Shown: positions 38,205 through 50,498, numbered from the whole stretch's first letter. The stretch: 59,544 bases of DNA, filler included, from Catajapyx aquilonaris (GCA_000934665.2; 3 parts of 3 records of this genome joined end to end with filler, not necessarily neighbours in it); one strand, 5' to 3'. The notes: generated by a model not told the origin, from the letters alone. A program made the numbers and translations.

Positions 38205-39369
38205 GGTGGAAATGAAGCTAGAGTCACTTAATGAGAATTTTATGAAAAAAAAACATGTTACGCAGTTTTGTGTCCTCTTATCAATGGTGCAAAGAAAAAT
38301 ACACGTCACCGTGCAAATTAGCGAACTAGAGGGCTCAGAAGTTCGCGATTTAACATGGGCCTTTATGGCAGAATTTTCAATAGTCCACAAAAAAATCATA
38401 AGTAAATGAGAATTTTAAAATTAAATGTGGAACATGTCGGGAATTATATACTGATCGCAACCGCAAAAAGGAAAACCTACCTCACCGTGCTCTTTCAATT
38501 TTTATTGCTGAAAAACGATCCGAAAATAATCCAGTGACGTCACATTGCCTCAGGCGAGGAAGGAAGTGGCAACACAGCATTGTTTACGGTAGCGAGATAC
38601 GGGTCCATACGACCGCGAAATATGAGTGCAAGTGAGATGGTGTGCCATGATAATAATTATTATTGCAGCACTCTGTCAGTGTGCTGGAAGAACCCCCGTC
38701 TTCGTTCGAATCTTCAATACGCAATGGGTAAAGGTCGATCACCCCGGGGTTTGGAACAAAAATTGCATGACAAATGAAGCGCGCCATGTCACGTGACGCA
38801 ATCACGGACGTAATGTCCATTTAATTAGTAATACTTTACAAAATTACATATGTAATTAGACTTTATTATCACTTTAATTACATGCAGCATTAAAGTAAAT
38901 CCTATTTATAAGCAGATTTTGCGAATCGATTAGTGGAAAGTTGCTGCGTTGCCACTTCTATCTGTCACACGCATACCAACTGAACGTGTTCCAAATCCGG
39001 CACAAATGAAGAGCTACAGGCTCCCCTTTCAGAACTAAACATTTAAAAATGCCTTGACAAATTAGGACCTCGTAATTACGACCGAATAAAATTGATTTCC
39101 ATCCAAAATAATAATAAAAAAATATTAAGCACACCTCCATATACCATGTTAAAGTTGGCTGTCGCGAAAATTGCGCCTGCGCACAAAAACATCCAGCCGG
39201 TAATAGGCCCATATTAAATCGAGTTTAAAACGCAGATTCGAATGGAATGCATAGGATTGAACAGCATTTACTGCTGCATCGGTTGCGTATGTTTCCCTGA
39301 TTTTAGCCATTCTTATTAACATTCCAATTCTAGACTCTCATTTGATTAGCAAGTCGCTTCATTTCCACC
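38205..39369 (+). mobile_element. Kolobok-like non-autonomous element A
   Basis: TTAA|GGTGGAAATGAAGC...GCTTCATTTCCACC|TTAA. Confidence 0.85.
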
Positions 39370-39373
39370 TTAA

Positions 39374-40547
39374 GGTGGATATGAAGCTACCTCCCTAGTC
39401 AATTCAGTGTCTAGAACAAAAACGTTAATTAGAGCAGTTAAATTCGGGGAAACATATGCATCTAATGCAGTAGTGGATGCTGAGGAATAATATGCATTCC
39501 ATTTTAAAATCCACCGTAAACTCGATTTGTTACAGGGCAAAACCTAATTCACTTGCAACACATTGCCAACCTACTGGAATGTACAGACCTGAATTTTTAG
39601 TTTGACATAGGCAGCATATTTAGGATCAAAGGCGACGGTAGTGGGTGACAGTTACGAGGCTCTACAATGTCGTGTTACATCCATTACATAATACACATTA
39701 TCTTCGGAAAGGGAGGGGGATAAGTATAGGCTTTAATTTACGGTAAGTTGGTAACCAGTTGGGACATAAAAGTGGCAACGCCGCTCTCGCCCCAAGATGG
39801 CGCGTTCCAAGTGCACGATGCTCGACATTTTCTGGCTAGGTTGAAATATACATTTGTGCTCTTAGCGACGCCCTTGTCGTGCTCCTGTGGAGGTTGTGGG
39901 GGCCAAAGTGGGGGCAGGAGGGTCTCCGAGGGCGGACGACACACAGTCAGATCAGGTGAGGTACCACATACACAGTAGACCTTAATGTATATTCACACTG
40001 TAAATCTCTCAGGCATCGAGCGATCATGAAAAGTTGTGACAGGGTCCTTAGATAACATGAGTTTGGTTTTAACATCTAATTATAATTTTATTTTATTTAT
40101 TACAGTGTAGTTTTATCTAAGAACCTTGGTGTGATCACATATTTCAAATTCGGACAATGCGCGCCATTTCGTAGGAAGACTGCCATGTTGCCACTTCTCC
40201 CGTGCCTCAGGCTAGCGTCGCACCCTTTTTCTTTTTTCGACGATAACAATTTAAATCATTCGGTTTGATATGTTTTTCTTGCGTTCTTTGTAATATATTA
40301 CTATATTATTCTTCACATTTCACATATATTACTTTCAAACTGTCAAATTGTGAAGATGGTTTAAAATAAAATTTTAATTTAACATTGGAGCTTATGGACA
40401 GTCGGCACATTCTGAGCCATTTTGCGAGCTTATTTGCCCGGTTAGGGGTGATTTTTTTCCACCATTGGGAAGAGGGCTTCTTACTCTATAAACCCGGTGA
40501 ATTTCAAGACGATGTCAAAATGTGAACCTTATAGCTTCACATCCACC
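39374..40547 (-). mobile_element. Kolobok-like element B (diverged relative of A)
   Basis: TTAA|GGTGGATATGAAGCTA...TAGCTTCACATCCACC|TTAA. Confidence 0.82.
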
Positions 40548-40551
40548 TTAA

Positions 40552-42150
40552 GGTGGAAATGAAGCGACTTGCTAATCAAATGAGAGTCTAGAATTGGAAT
40601 GTTAATAAGAATGGCTAAAATCAGGGAAACATACGCAACCGATGCAGCAGTAAATGCTGTTCAATCCTATGCATTCCATTCGAATCTGCGTTTTAAACTC
40701 GATTTAATATGGGCCCATTACCGGCTGCAAGTTTTTGTGCGCAGGCGCAATTTTCACGACTGCCAACTTAAACATGGTATTTGGAGGTGTGCTTAATATT
40801 TCTTATTTTTGATGGAAATCGATTTTATTCGATCGTAATTACGAGGTCCCAATTTGCCATGGCATTTTTAAAAGTTTAGTTCCGAAAGGGGAGCCTGTAG
40901 CTCTTCATTTGTGCCGGATTTGGAACACGTTCAGTTGGTACGCGTGTGAGAGGTAGAAGCGGCAACACAGCAAAGGTCCGGGCCAATTATCGCGTAGCAG
41001 TATGTGAAGTCATTGCCGGGTGGATTCGAATCATTCGATTATTATATTATAATATACAACTATACAGGGTGTTTACGACCTAACTTTACAAACTTCCAGG
41101 GGTAATAGAGGGGACCAAGACAAACATTTTTGACATAGGAAACCGTGTCCGGAAACGCCATCTAGAGGGGGTTCATAGACGAGGAACGGGTGCGCTCAGG
41201 CGCGTCACGCGAGAGGCGCAAGTCGAGCGGACTGTTTTGTTGATAGATGGCGCGCAGTTGTTGCCAGGTTATGGCGTATCGCGTCGTTGTAAGTAAACAA
41301 CAACACGATACGCCATAACCTGGCAACAACAGAACCGCCTGGAACCGCTGTTGACTATCCGCGCGTCTCCTAGGTGGCGGACTTTAGTTGCTAGATGGCT
41401 CTGCTGTTGCCACGTTATGGCACATCGCATCGTTGGTTACTATCCGAGCGCCTATCAACAAAACAATCCGCTCGACTAGCGCCTCTCGCGTGACGCGTCT
41501 GAGCGCACCCGTTCCTTGTCTATGAACCCCCTCTAATGGCGTTTCCGGACACGGGTTCCTATGTCAAAAATGTTTGTCTTGGTCCCCTCTATCACCACTA
41601 GAAGTTTGTAAAGTTAGGTCGTAAACACCCTGTATAAACTAATATAACGGTTCGGACGTCTGACAAACACCCCCGCCAAACGAAAATCCTGTGTGAGCCA
41701 TTGTGAAAACCATCATACTAACTTGCACTCATATTTCGCGGTCGTATGCAACCGTATCTCGCTACCGTAAACAACGCAGTGTTGCCACTGCCTCACTCGA
41801 GTGGAGCAAGGTGACGTCACTGGATCATTTTCGGATCGTTTTTCCGCAATACAAATTGAAAGAGCACGGTGAGGTAGGTTTTTCTTTTTGCGGTTGCGAT
41901 CAGTATATAATTCCCGACATATTCCACATTTAATTTTAAAATTCTCATTCACTTATGATTTTTTTTGTGGACTATTGAAATTTCGGCCATAAGGGCCCAT
42001 GTTAAATCGCAAACTTCTGAGCCCTCCAGTTCGCTAATTTGCACGGTGACGTGTATTTTTCTTTGCGCCATTGATAAGAGGACACAAAACTGCGTAACAT
42101 ATGTTTTTTTCATAAAATTCTCATTCAGTGACTCTAGCTTCATTTCCACC
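40552..42150 (-). mobile_element. Kolobok-like element A' (inverted copy of A) with a nested MITE
   Basis: Both ends are reverse complements of the ends of A; TTAA on both sides. Confidence 0.87.
41065..41632. mobile_element. Tc1/mariner foldback MITE
   Basis: TA|CAGGGTGTTTACGACCTAACTTTACAAACTTC, ~190-bp arms plus internal hairpins. Confidence 0.9.
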
Positions 42151-43151
42151 TTAAGGTCTGAAATTCATATTGACTTGAAAATCTACGACTTGTGCGTGAA
42201 AGTCAAACTTTTGCGTTTTCGAATCAATCAGCCACATTGCGCTTGTGCACAGGGGAGGGCGCATGCGCAATATGCCGTGAAGTACAACAATCGAACATAT
42301 TTTGGTCTTTATTGTTCCTTGATTTCATAACTGTTTTGTTACGTCCGCATGGGATGACTATGTAAATTAAAATGTAGGCTACTAGGAAAACCGTCGCTCT
42401 GCTAGCATTTTCCTAGGGCGCGCAAGACGAATAGAAAACCACTCGCTTCGCTCGCTCTTTTGGTATACCTATTCGGCGTACCATATCGCCGGGGGAGGGT
42501 GTAACGTTAGCCCTCCAGCAGTCTTTGAACGGCCTGATTAGTGAGAAGTGAGAACGTGTCTGCCCTGTGCCTGTCTGTTCCATAAAGGGAACTGACTCTG
42601 TAAACAACTCGGGAAATTGTCTATTCCTTCTTTGTATCTCCCAGTTGGTACTACTGTGATCACAGTACTGCCAACTGAGCAACAATACAGAGAAGGAATG
42701 GACAATTTCCCCGGCAACCCAACAGAGGATTTGTTTCCACCCCATTGCGCATTATTAGAATGGGGAGGTGCGGGTAACAATATGCTGCGGACCTATCAGG
42801 ATTCGGTCAAACACGGCAAGGATTTTAATATTATAGATGACGGTCTATTTAGTCCCACCAACTAATGACACTGTCTCTGGGGGTACAATTAAATAAATTA
42901 ATAAATAAATGTACAAATGCCACACTTAACATTTCAGTCTTGGCAGATTTGTTGTAATTGCATTTGTGGCAACTGGCAAGTCATGCAATGCAGATTGTGA
43001 AACTTTAGAAGGTGTTTCATTGATTCAGACAAACTGCGCTAGGTTAGACTCCGAGGCATCTGTAATTTATGTCCAATTTCAGCAGGCCTTTTGTGCAAAT
43101 TCTTGTGATTCAGTGAAATGCGCATGTTAATAAGATTTGGTTTTGTGGCAG

Positions 43152-43318
43152 ATTTCGTGATGACATTGTAACCGTTTATGACCTGGGCTCAGGAAGTGCT
43201 GAGGAGAAAGGCACACTGCAAATGAGGCAAGGTGTGAGGAGCACCTGGTTTCATATGTACTCAGCGGGCCAGGTCGAATGGGCTATTGGTTGCAAGGAAG
43301 GAGTGCCAGAAGCTAAGA
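43152..43318 (+). CDS. Same gene, internal exon (not in the ORF track)
   Basis: ttttgtggcag| acceptor, A|gtaagt donor, phase 2 to 1; yields WFKISIR-FRDDIVTVYD...EWAIGCKEG. Confidence 0.7.
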
Positions 43319-43879
43319 GTAAGTTGTGCTATTAATGTAGAAGACTACTCTGAGAGGTGTACTTTGTCAGGAGAAGTATGAGAGTTTAATGAGTGATTGT
43401 ATTGCTCAAAGGTGCCATGGAGAAGTAATTGGAGGCAATACTAGTGACACAGTAAATGGATATGCAGAGCACAATATGAGCTCGGCTTTGCTGATAGCTG
43501 AACTCTTATATAATGCATGCAAGCGTTTAAATAATTTTATATTCTTCCATTCTCCAACACCAACATTGCATTGCATGAAAGAATATAGTCCCTTCATGCA
43601 TGAGTTCATGAAGGGTTGCGTCCACAAAATCATATCAGGTTTTATATTCAGTCTCAGTGGAAGATTTTCATTTTCCTGTTGCACATATCAGACAAACATG
43701 GTCAACATGATTAAAGAACAGTTACTCTGTAGGTTTTACTGCATAAAGATATTTCAAAATTAGATATACAAAGTATATTTAAAGTCATGAAATTATAGGT
43801 AGGTTTTCAAGAAACTGTCTCAAAACGTATAAAAATGTTCTGCATGGAAATAATATTGCTGACATAATATGTCCATCAG

Positions 43880-44074
43880 GTATGACAGCAATCACTAGGA
43901 AAGTGCCAGTTGAGCCAGTTGAGCCAGGGTTATGCTCCGCTCCTTGCGGACGGGGGCTGGTTATGAGGAAGAATGCGTGCAACAGTCCTCCCTGGAGCGG
44001 GAAGCCAATGTGCAAGGGGAGGTCGCACATCATCCATGCATGCAACACCCACGTCTGTGGGGAACTCTCTGCTG
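43880..44074 (+). CDS. Same gene, thrombospondin type-1 (TSP1) exon
   Basis: catcag| acceptor, G|gtaagt donor, phase 1 to 1; CSAPCGRG...CNSPP...C.G......CNTHVC has TSP1 cysteine spacing. Confidence 0.82.
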
Positions 44075-44258
44075 GTAAGTCATCATTCTGATTTTGTGGA
44101 TATTTATTACACATGATCTCAGTTTTTGCCTTGGTAAAAGCATGGACATAATTTATGAGAGAGTTTATCCAGGTCATCTACTGATCTCGCATTCCAGTGC
44201 AAATAGTATAACAACGTGATAAGTGTAACACTAATTTCACAAATTTGTGTGATTGCAG

Positions 44259-44471
44259 GTACATTGAAAAGGCTTGTAAAAAGGGCAAAAGAAAAAGCAG
44301 TGAATATGGATGTACCTGAAGGTTCAATGTTCTTCATAGAGTGTGGGAGGGAAGACGACTTGCGGAAGGTCATTTCCGAGTCTCCACAAGCTGTAATACA
44401 ATGGATGCACAATGGAGTTTGGATGGTTGAAGATCTAACACAAAGAATTGTACTGAATCATCTAAGGCTGG
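44259..44471 (+). CDS. Same gene, start of Ig-like domain; 3' end of gene unresolved before the spacer
   Basis: ttgcag| acceptor, G|gtgaga donor; VPEGSMFFIEC...IQWMHNG is the Ig B-strand Cys / C-strand Trp pattern. Confidence 0.75.
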
Positions 44472-44678
44472 GTGAGAAACTTCTTGATTGAGATCTTGAC
44501 CAACCCAATCATTGCTTGATGGTTACTTTTACGAGTAGGTTATGCAGTTCCATTCAGGCTATTGGAAACTATGAGTGTTGTTCATAAAAATGACAACTCA
44601 TACTTTCAAGAGTCACATACTTTTCAGATAACATTTCTTCATCAGCAAATCCAGTCTAAAACCACGTCACGCTATATA

Positions 44679-44892
44679 CAAGGTGTTTCAACTTTTTTGT
44701 CCGAACAATTATCGGAAATATTGCCCTAAGCTGCTTATTTTTTTAGCAGTGGCTTGCAACCAGTGATGCTTCCCTGGCTTTATCAGTTGAGGGATGTGCC
44801 AGGAGGAATGTTGGGGCATTTTCTGGCTACATAGCTAGAAGATACATAGGCTTTTCCGATAACTGTTTGAACAAAAAAGTTGAGACACCCTG
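44679..44892. mobile_element. Tc1/mariner MITE (partial relative at 45491-45584)
   Basis: CA.GGTGT.TCAACTTTTTTGT TIR, TA TSD. Confidence 0.78.
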
Positions 44893-45212
44893 TATTTTAA
44901 GAAAATATTTCTGACTCAACTTGTTACCATTTCCATGAGAGTTAATAAAATTAGACATTCCTGCCATTATATCCATCACAAACTACATACTTTCAATGGG
45001 AATAATTAAGTTTCCACTGAATCCAGGTTCCCTTCAGACAGGTTGTATTGTATTACCAAAAGACTATCTAATTTAAAATGAGGCTTCTCTATCAGTAACT
45101 ACTGCGACTCCCTCTGAGCTGCCAGCTGATATAAATTCTGCAAAGTAAATCTAATCTCCAACAAGGTTTTATTTTCTCTGGCATTCACCAAATACAGTAG
45201 ATGCACCATGTG

Positions 45213-45248
<36 letters not shown>

Positions 45249-45390
45249 ACTTGACACCTCAAGCCCTCTTCGTACATTAGGAATATAGATCAGCTGTGTA
45301 GCACACACATGTCAGTGCATGTATTGAGTGCAAATCTATAGATTTTATTCTGGCTTTCAACAGTGATCAGAAAGGCTGGCGCTGGAGACA

Positions 45391-45490
45391 NNNNNNNNNN
45401 NNNNNNNNNNNNNNNNNNNNNNNNNNNNNNNNNNTTAATTAATTAANNNNNNNNNNNNNNNNNNNNNNNNNNNNNNNNNNNNNNNNNNNN
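45391..45490. other. Artificial assembly spacer
   Basis: Identical 100-bp N/TTAATTAATTAA/N block. Confidence 0.97.
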
Positions 45491-45919
45491 GTTGCCAGGT
45501 AACGCACTACAACATAAGCAGCTTAGGCCGAATTTGTCAATAGCTGCGTGATAGCTGTTCGGACAAAAAAGTTGGACCACCCTGTATTTTAGGTTGTCTT
45601 GTGAAAAAAGTATGTTTTATTTCTTTGTTTGCAAGACATGTTGACATTCTTTCAGACTTTTATTCCTAACTTTTTTTTTTTTTGGCAATGCACAGATAAC
45701 ATGTAATATGGATAATCCGCACCTGGAAAATCGGGAGTACAGTGTATAAGGAAATCTCAAAACGACTAAAAGAAGAGGTATAGGGTTTTTGTTGGGGACA
45801 TCAGAGGCCTAATTCACATGAATAAATATTTCTTTCTGATCCCCCTGGACTAAATTAGGAACAACAATCACTGCTTATTAATTGGGGTCTCTACTTACCT
45901 GGTTCATTTCCCTCTGCAG

Positions 45920-46368
45920 GCAAGAAAATTCGGTGGTACCTCAAGTGGTGGAGGCGATATTGAACCTACCTCCTGAAACGCACATGGCAGTTCAATACAC
46001 TTCAGTGCTGCTGTTGGGCGAACTATGTGAGTGGATTGAGCAGCACCCAACCTCCATTGAACCGGTGGTCAATTTCTTGTTTGCGGCGCTGCAAAGAAAA
46101 GAGCTTGCGTCTGCTTCAGCCACCGCCCTGCAGAATGTTTGTAGTGCCTGCAGGGACTATCTGTGCCAGTCAGAGGCACATCTGCAGGGGTTGGTCACCC
46201 TAGTAGAACAGTTACACACTTTCAGTGTGGGCAACCAAGCTGCTGTTGGTCTCCTAAAGGGAGTGTCTGTCATAGTAGGGAAACTACCTCATCAGCAGCT
46301 AACCACGACAATGGGCAAGATGTGTTGGGTGCAGGCCAATCGATTGGCCGCACTGCTCAGGGAAGGAG
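45920..46368 (+). CDS. TNPO3: Transportin-3 (Tnpo-SR), internal exon; N-terminal exons are not in this segment
   Basis: ctctgcag| acceptor, G|gtgagg donor; VVEAILNLP...YTSVLLLGELCEWI...AAVGLLKG matches TNPO3 HEAT repeats. Confidence 0.93.
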
Positions 46369-46458
46369 GTGAGGCTTTATTTTGCCATTTTGTTCTTAGC
46401 TGATCTGTAGAAAATTAATTTTGTATTTGTTGTGTGATATATAATTTTCTTTGGATAG

Positions 46459-46604
46459 CTGATGCAAGAGGAGATGAAGCCAAGAGGAAAGGTGGAGACT
46501 TGGATCCGGTAGTGTGGCTAGATAGGTTGGCCGCAATTTTCAGGCACGTCAGTCCTACTGTCCACAATGGACAGCCCCACCCATGCCAAAGCGTAATCAC
46601 TGAA
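46459..46604 (+). CDS. TNPO3: Transportin-3 internal exon
   Basis: phase 1 to 0; [15 protein letters not shown]...[13 protein letters not shown]; |gtaagt donor. Confidence 0.93.
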
Positions 46605-46631
46605 GTAAGTTAACCAGAGTGTGTACAACTC

Positions 46632-47073
46632 ATTGTAAATGTAAAGGAGCCACCTACATTGTGGGTGCTCATGTTGAGATTTGATCAGTTATTCTTTTTC
46701 TGCGTACCAATGGGATCTCTGGATCCACAAATCATAGGAAAATTGTCACCATGTACAGAACCGAACAGTTAATATTTTACTCAGGTTGACCCATTGGAGA
46801 GCACAAATGAACTTAAACATGTTATGGATTCTCTACCATTTTTAAACCTGATGGCCTCCCCTTATGTGGAGAATCTGTGACACACTTGTTATCATTCTGC
46901 AGCATACAATACTGTTTCTCACTTCTGAACTGTCCTGACATTGTCCCAGTGCAAAGGAACCATTTCCAACTAATGCCAGGTACATAAATCCCTTTGGCAT
47001 GCAGAAAAAGAATCAGTGATCAAATCTCAACGATGAACACCCACAATGTAGGTGTCTCCTTTACATTTACAAT
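46632..47073. mobile_element. Hairpin MITE in a TNPO3 intron
   Basis: ~85-bp inverted arms ATTGTAAATGTAAAGGAG.CACCTACATTGTGGGTG. Confidence 0.8.
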
Positions 47074-47178
47074 AAACTTGTGTTTGCAGCTAATTTGCTA
47101 TTAGTGGAAACATGACTTTTTTTTCTGTGAGAGTCCAAGTGCCATTTGCATTGTTAACACTGTACTTTAATTTTCCAG

Positions 47179-47856
47179 CTGTGGCCGGTTATGTCTGAGA
47201 CATGCCAGCGTTACCAGGCCGATGTACGAGTGATGGAACGCTGCTGCAGGTGCCTACGCTTTGCTGTGCGCTGTGTGGGGCGCCAGTCAGTCCCTCTCTT
47301 GGAGCCACTAGTGCAGCTGCTAGTTTCTCTCTACTCCCAGCACCAGCATTCTTGTTTTCTATACCTTGGATCGATATTAGTTGACGAGTATGCAGCTGAT
47401 GCAACTTTGGTAGATGGACTTCTGTCCATGTTGACAGCGTTCTTGGGACCTACTTTTCACATCCTGGAAGTCCCAGGAGGATTCCAGCAGCATCCAGACA
47501 CTGTAGATGACCTGTATCGATTATGCACTCGCTTTTTGCAGAGAGCTCCTGCAGCCCTTCTGCAGTCTCAGGCAATTTGGCCACTGCTACATTGTTCTCT
47601 AATGGCTACTGGTCTGGACCATAGGGAGGCCAATTCAAGTATCATGAAGTTTTCATACGATTTAATCCACTGTGGGCGAAACAGGGAAGACGCTGAAGAC
47701 TACCCTGTGAGGCGACGATTCGTGGAAACCATTTTGGCTGTCCATGGAGCAGCATTGATTGGACATCTGATCAATGCTTCGGTCTTCTGCCTGCCCTCCT
47801 ACACCTTCCCGGACATCGCAGATGTCATTATGGAGTTTATGCTGTTTGACAGACCA
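47179..47856 (+). CDS. TNPO3: Transportin-3 internal exon
   Basis: LWPVMSET...ERCCRCLRFAVRCVG...HSCFLYLGSILVDEY...HPDTVDDLYRLCTRFLQR...LDHREAN; ttttccag| acceptor, |gtaagt donor. Confidence 0.96.
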
Positions 47857-48221
47857 GTAAGTGATCTCTGTTTAGTTTTTTATGTAACTGGATAATGCAG
47901 TGTAAAACATTGGGAAGAGTGTAACACATGCAAGTTGTTTTCTGTGAATGTCCCTCATTCTGATGTTCCACTCATTCACGTTTTATGCTGAGTTTTGGAT
48001 AATTATTAGGATACTGCGACAAAAGTGTTTAGTGGCAATGTGACATCTCTGTCATAATACCTCAAGCACAAACAACAACATTCAGTGTTGAAAGTGAATG
48101 AGAAGTTGAATCCTGTGTAGGGAAAGGGTACTGGGGAAAGGTTGCTGAAAATTGTATGGATTGGTAAAGATAAGCCACTAGAATATTTAAGTAGTAAAGT
48201 AATGAAAATGGATTTTAATTA

Positions 48222-49010
48222 TTAGCTCAGTCAAGTACCCACCCTGGCCGTGGGAGGCCGGTAGGTGACGGCGGAGACAGGTGCTTTTGTGCTTGGTTGT
48301 GAGGTACATTTGCAGTCGCCAACATGGCCAGGGATGAACGTGGTGTGCTGCGTAGTAGCTGCGGTACACAGTCAGAACGTGTCGTTCACGATATCAGGTG
48401 CGTCCAAGGAGGACAAACAGCCAGTGATTCAGCTCCTGTGTGCAGGGGGAAAGGGACCAAAGGTGATTCATACGTACATGAGGGCTGTGTATGGAGACGC
48501 TTGTGTGGCATACATGACAGTGAAGGACTGGGTATGCCATTTCCGCAGTGGCCGACAAGGCACGTCGGACATGGCATGGCCAGCCGACCTGTTACCGCCT
48601 CCCCCGATGCAAGCATAGTGTGCATCAAGGGATTGGTTCAAAGTGATCGCCCCTTGTCCATTGACAGGATTGTCGGCCACTGCGGAAATGGCGGACCGAG
48701 TCCTTCACTGTCGTGTACACCCCGCAAGTGTCTCCATTCACAGCCCTCATGTGCGTATGAATCGCCTTCTGTCCCGCTCCCTCTGCACACAGGAACTGAA
48801 TCACTGCCCGTTCGTCCTCCTTGGACGCGCCTGATATCGTGAACAACACGTTCCGACTGTGTACCGCAGCTACTACACAGCACACCACGTTCATCTCTGG
48901 CCAGGTTGGCGACTGCAAATGTACCTCACAGCCAAGCACAGAAGCACCTGTCTCTGCCGTCACCTACCGGCCTCCCGCAGCTGGGGCGGGTACTTATTGA
49001 CTGAGCCTAA
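48222..49010. mobile_element. mariner (DD34D) foldback of two inverted 5' ends
   Basis: TA|TTAGGCTCAGTCAATAAGT terminus; both arms encode RAVIQFLCAEG...IHTHMRAVYGD...TVKDW..HFRSGR (mariner HTH). Confidence 0.9.
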
Positions 49011-49069
49011 TATTTGCTTAAGATGCAGATTTTGAACTTGTGCTACGTTCTTCCCAAGTTAATAAATAA

Positions 49070-49371
49070 GGGTGGGTTTTTGCCCTACTGCTAAGTCTCA
49101 GCTAGCAACCTGCTTCTGCTAGCAAAGATTTTTTCATAAGCTATCTCATGGGTTATACAGTTGAATCCAGATATAACAGACATGAAGGGACCTTGGAAAT
49201 CTGTCTGTTATAACCGAGGTTTGTTATAGCCAAATACACAGGCCAAAGGGAAGTATGGTGGGACCAGCCCCTTGAGTCTGCTACAGCTGAAGCTATTATA
49301 TCTGGAGTCAACTGTACAATGGTTAGTAGATTTGTTGACAGCAGTTCTGCAGTAGGACGAAAAACCAACCC
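49070..49371. mobile_element. Small MITE (uninterrupted copy 52133-52281) carrying a Tigger MITE at 49158-49314
   Basis: GGTGGGTTTTTGCCCTACTGC TIR; inner TA|CAGTTGA.TCCAGATA...TCAACTG|TA. Confidence 0.8.
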
Positions 49372-49936
49372 GAAGTATTTTAGGACAACGTGATTTCAGG
49401 ATATTTAAGGAAACAAACTTTAAGGGACTTGAAAACATCTATTCTATGTTAACGAGTTTCATATTCTAGTGTGCTAGTCATGTCACAAACCTCCAGGTAG
49501 TGAAAACCTTTGTAATTCGAGATTGATGCAACTGTCAAATATTAATGTAATACATTATATTTGCTGCAACGCAAAAAATTACTTGGTAAGCTGTCATGTG
49601 CCAAGCAGATATGGTCTCTGAAGTTCTGCAAAGGCCATGAATGGGACAATGGCTGAAAATAGAAGCCATCTAGATGGAATTTTGCAGACATGGATGCAAA
49701 GGGTAGCCAAGTGGAGGAGTGGGTTGATGTTGGGTGTGGATGGCTGAGATGGGCTGGGCACAATCAGTATTCTGCAGACCAGATATCATTAATACCAAAT
49801 GGAGAATTACATTTCCATTTCCGTTTTACATTTAATTTACATTTCCATGGACCAGAGTTAGCAGTTGGAACAAAGAGTATTCATGTACAGTGAGGAAGCA
49901 GTCAGCTAGCCCTAGGCTGGTTTTATTGAGGTCCTT

Positions 49937-50266
49937 ATAGGGAGGCAGAGTGGTGCTGTGGTAACGTATGCGCCCACGGATGTTAAGGTCCCGGGTTCGA
50001 TCCCAGCCCGGGGTTCCCCCCTTAACCTCGTGCAGAGTTCGGAGTCATCTCTGGCTTTGTCTCGGGTGGGATTTCCGGTAGACTAACCACTCGGGGGAGT
50101 TCACAAAATGACCGAAGCAACGACATTGCACTGCACTTTGCACATCCCCTCCTGTCATCCTGCCCGTAGGCCCGGGCGCTTCAATTAATAGGTTCCAATG
50201 TATAATGGTTCAATAATAAAGGTCCATGTGATATACCCCCAAAGGGAGGTGAATGCACTACACAAG

Positions 50267-50330
<64 letters not shown>
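49937..50330 (+). mobile_element. Full-length tRNA-derived SINE, family B, with long (ATT)n tail
   Basis: B box GGTTCGATCCC; (ATT)n 50267-50335; imperfect TSD TTATTG.GGTCCTT. Confidence 0.85.
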
Positions 50331-50335
<5 letters not shown>

Positions 50336-50498
50336 GGGGTCCTTGTCTGTAAGGCTAGGTCTGGGAATTACTGTTAACAGATCTTATGTAGTATCTAAGA
50401 TTATAATATTAACTAGGTTTTCCTGGAATATTAAGGGAAACAAGTGAATGTGCAAGTTGAATATTTTGTGTTCTTTGACTGTGTGACTTCTCTTTCAG

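Noticed and set aside
42644..42768. Extra exon of the TSP1-Ig gene (strong acceptor)
   Set aside because: Its open frame is phase 1 while the host intron is phase 2; the matching frame hits a stop.
44539..44587. GNYEC as the Ig F-strand continuation
   Set aside because: Needs a GC donor to keep phase and stops three codons later; unresolved, not called.
44259..46368. Ig/TSP1-transportin fusion gene
   Set aside because: The two parts are separated by an artificial spacer and belong to incompatible protein classes.
50253..50447. Poly-Leu signal-peptide ORF
   Set aside because: Translation of the (ATT)n SINE tail.
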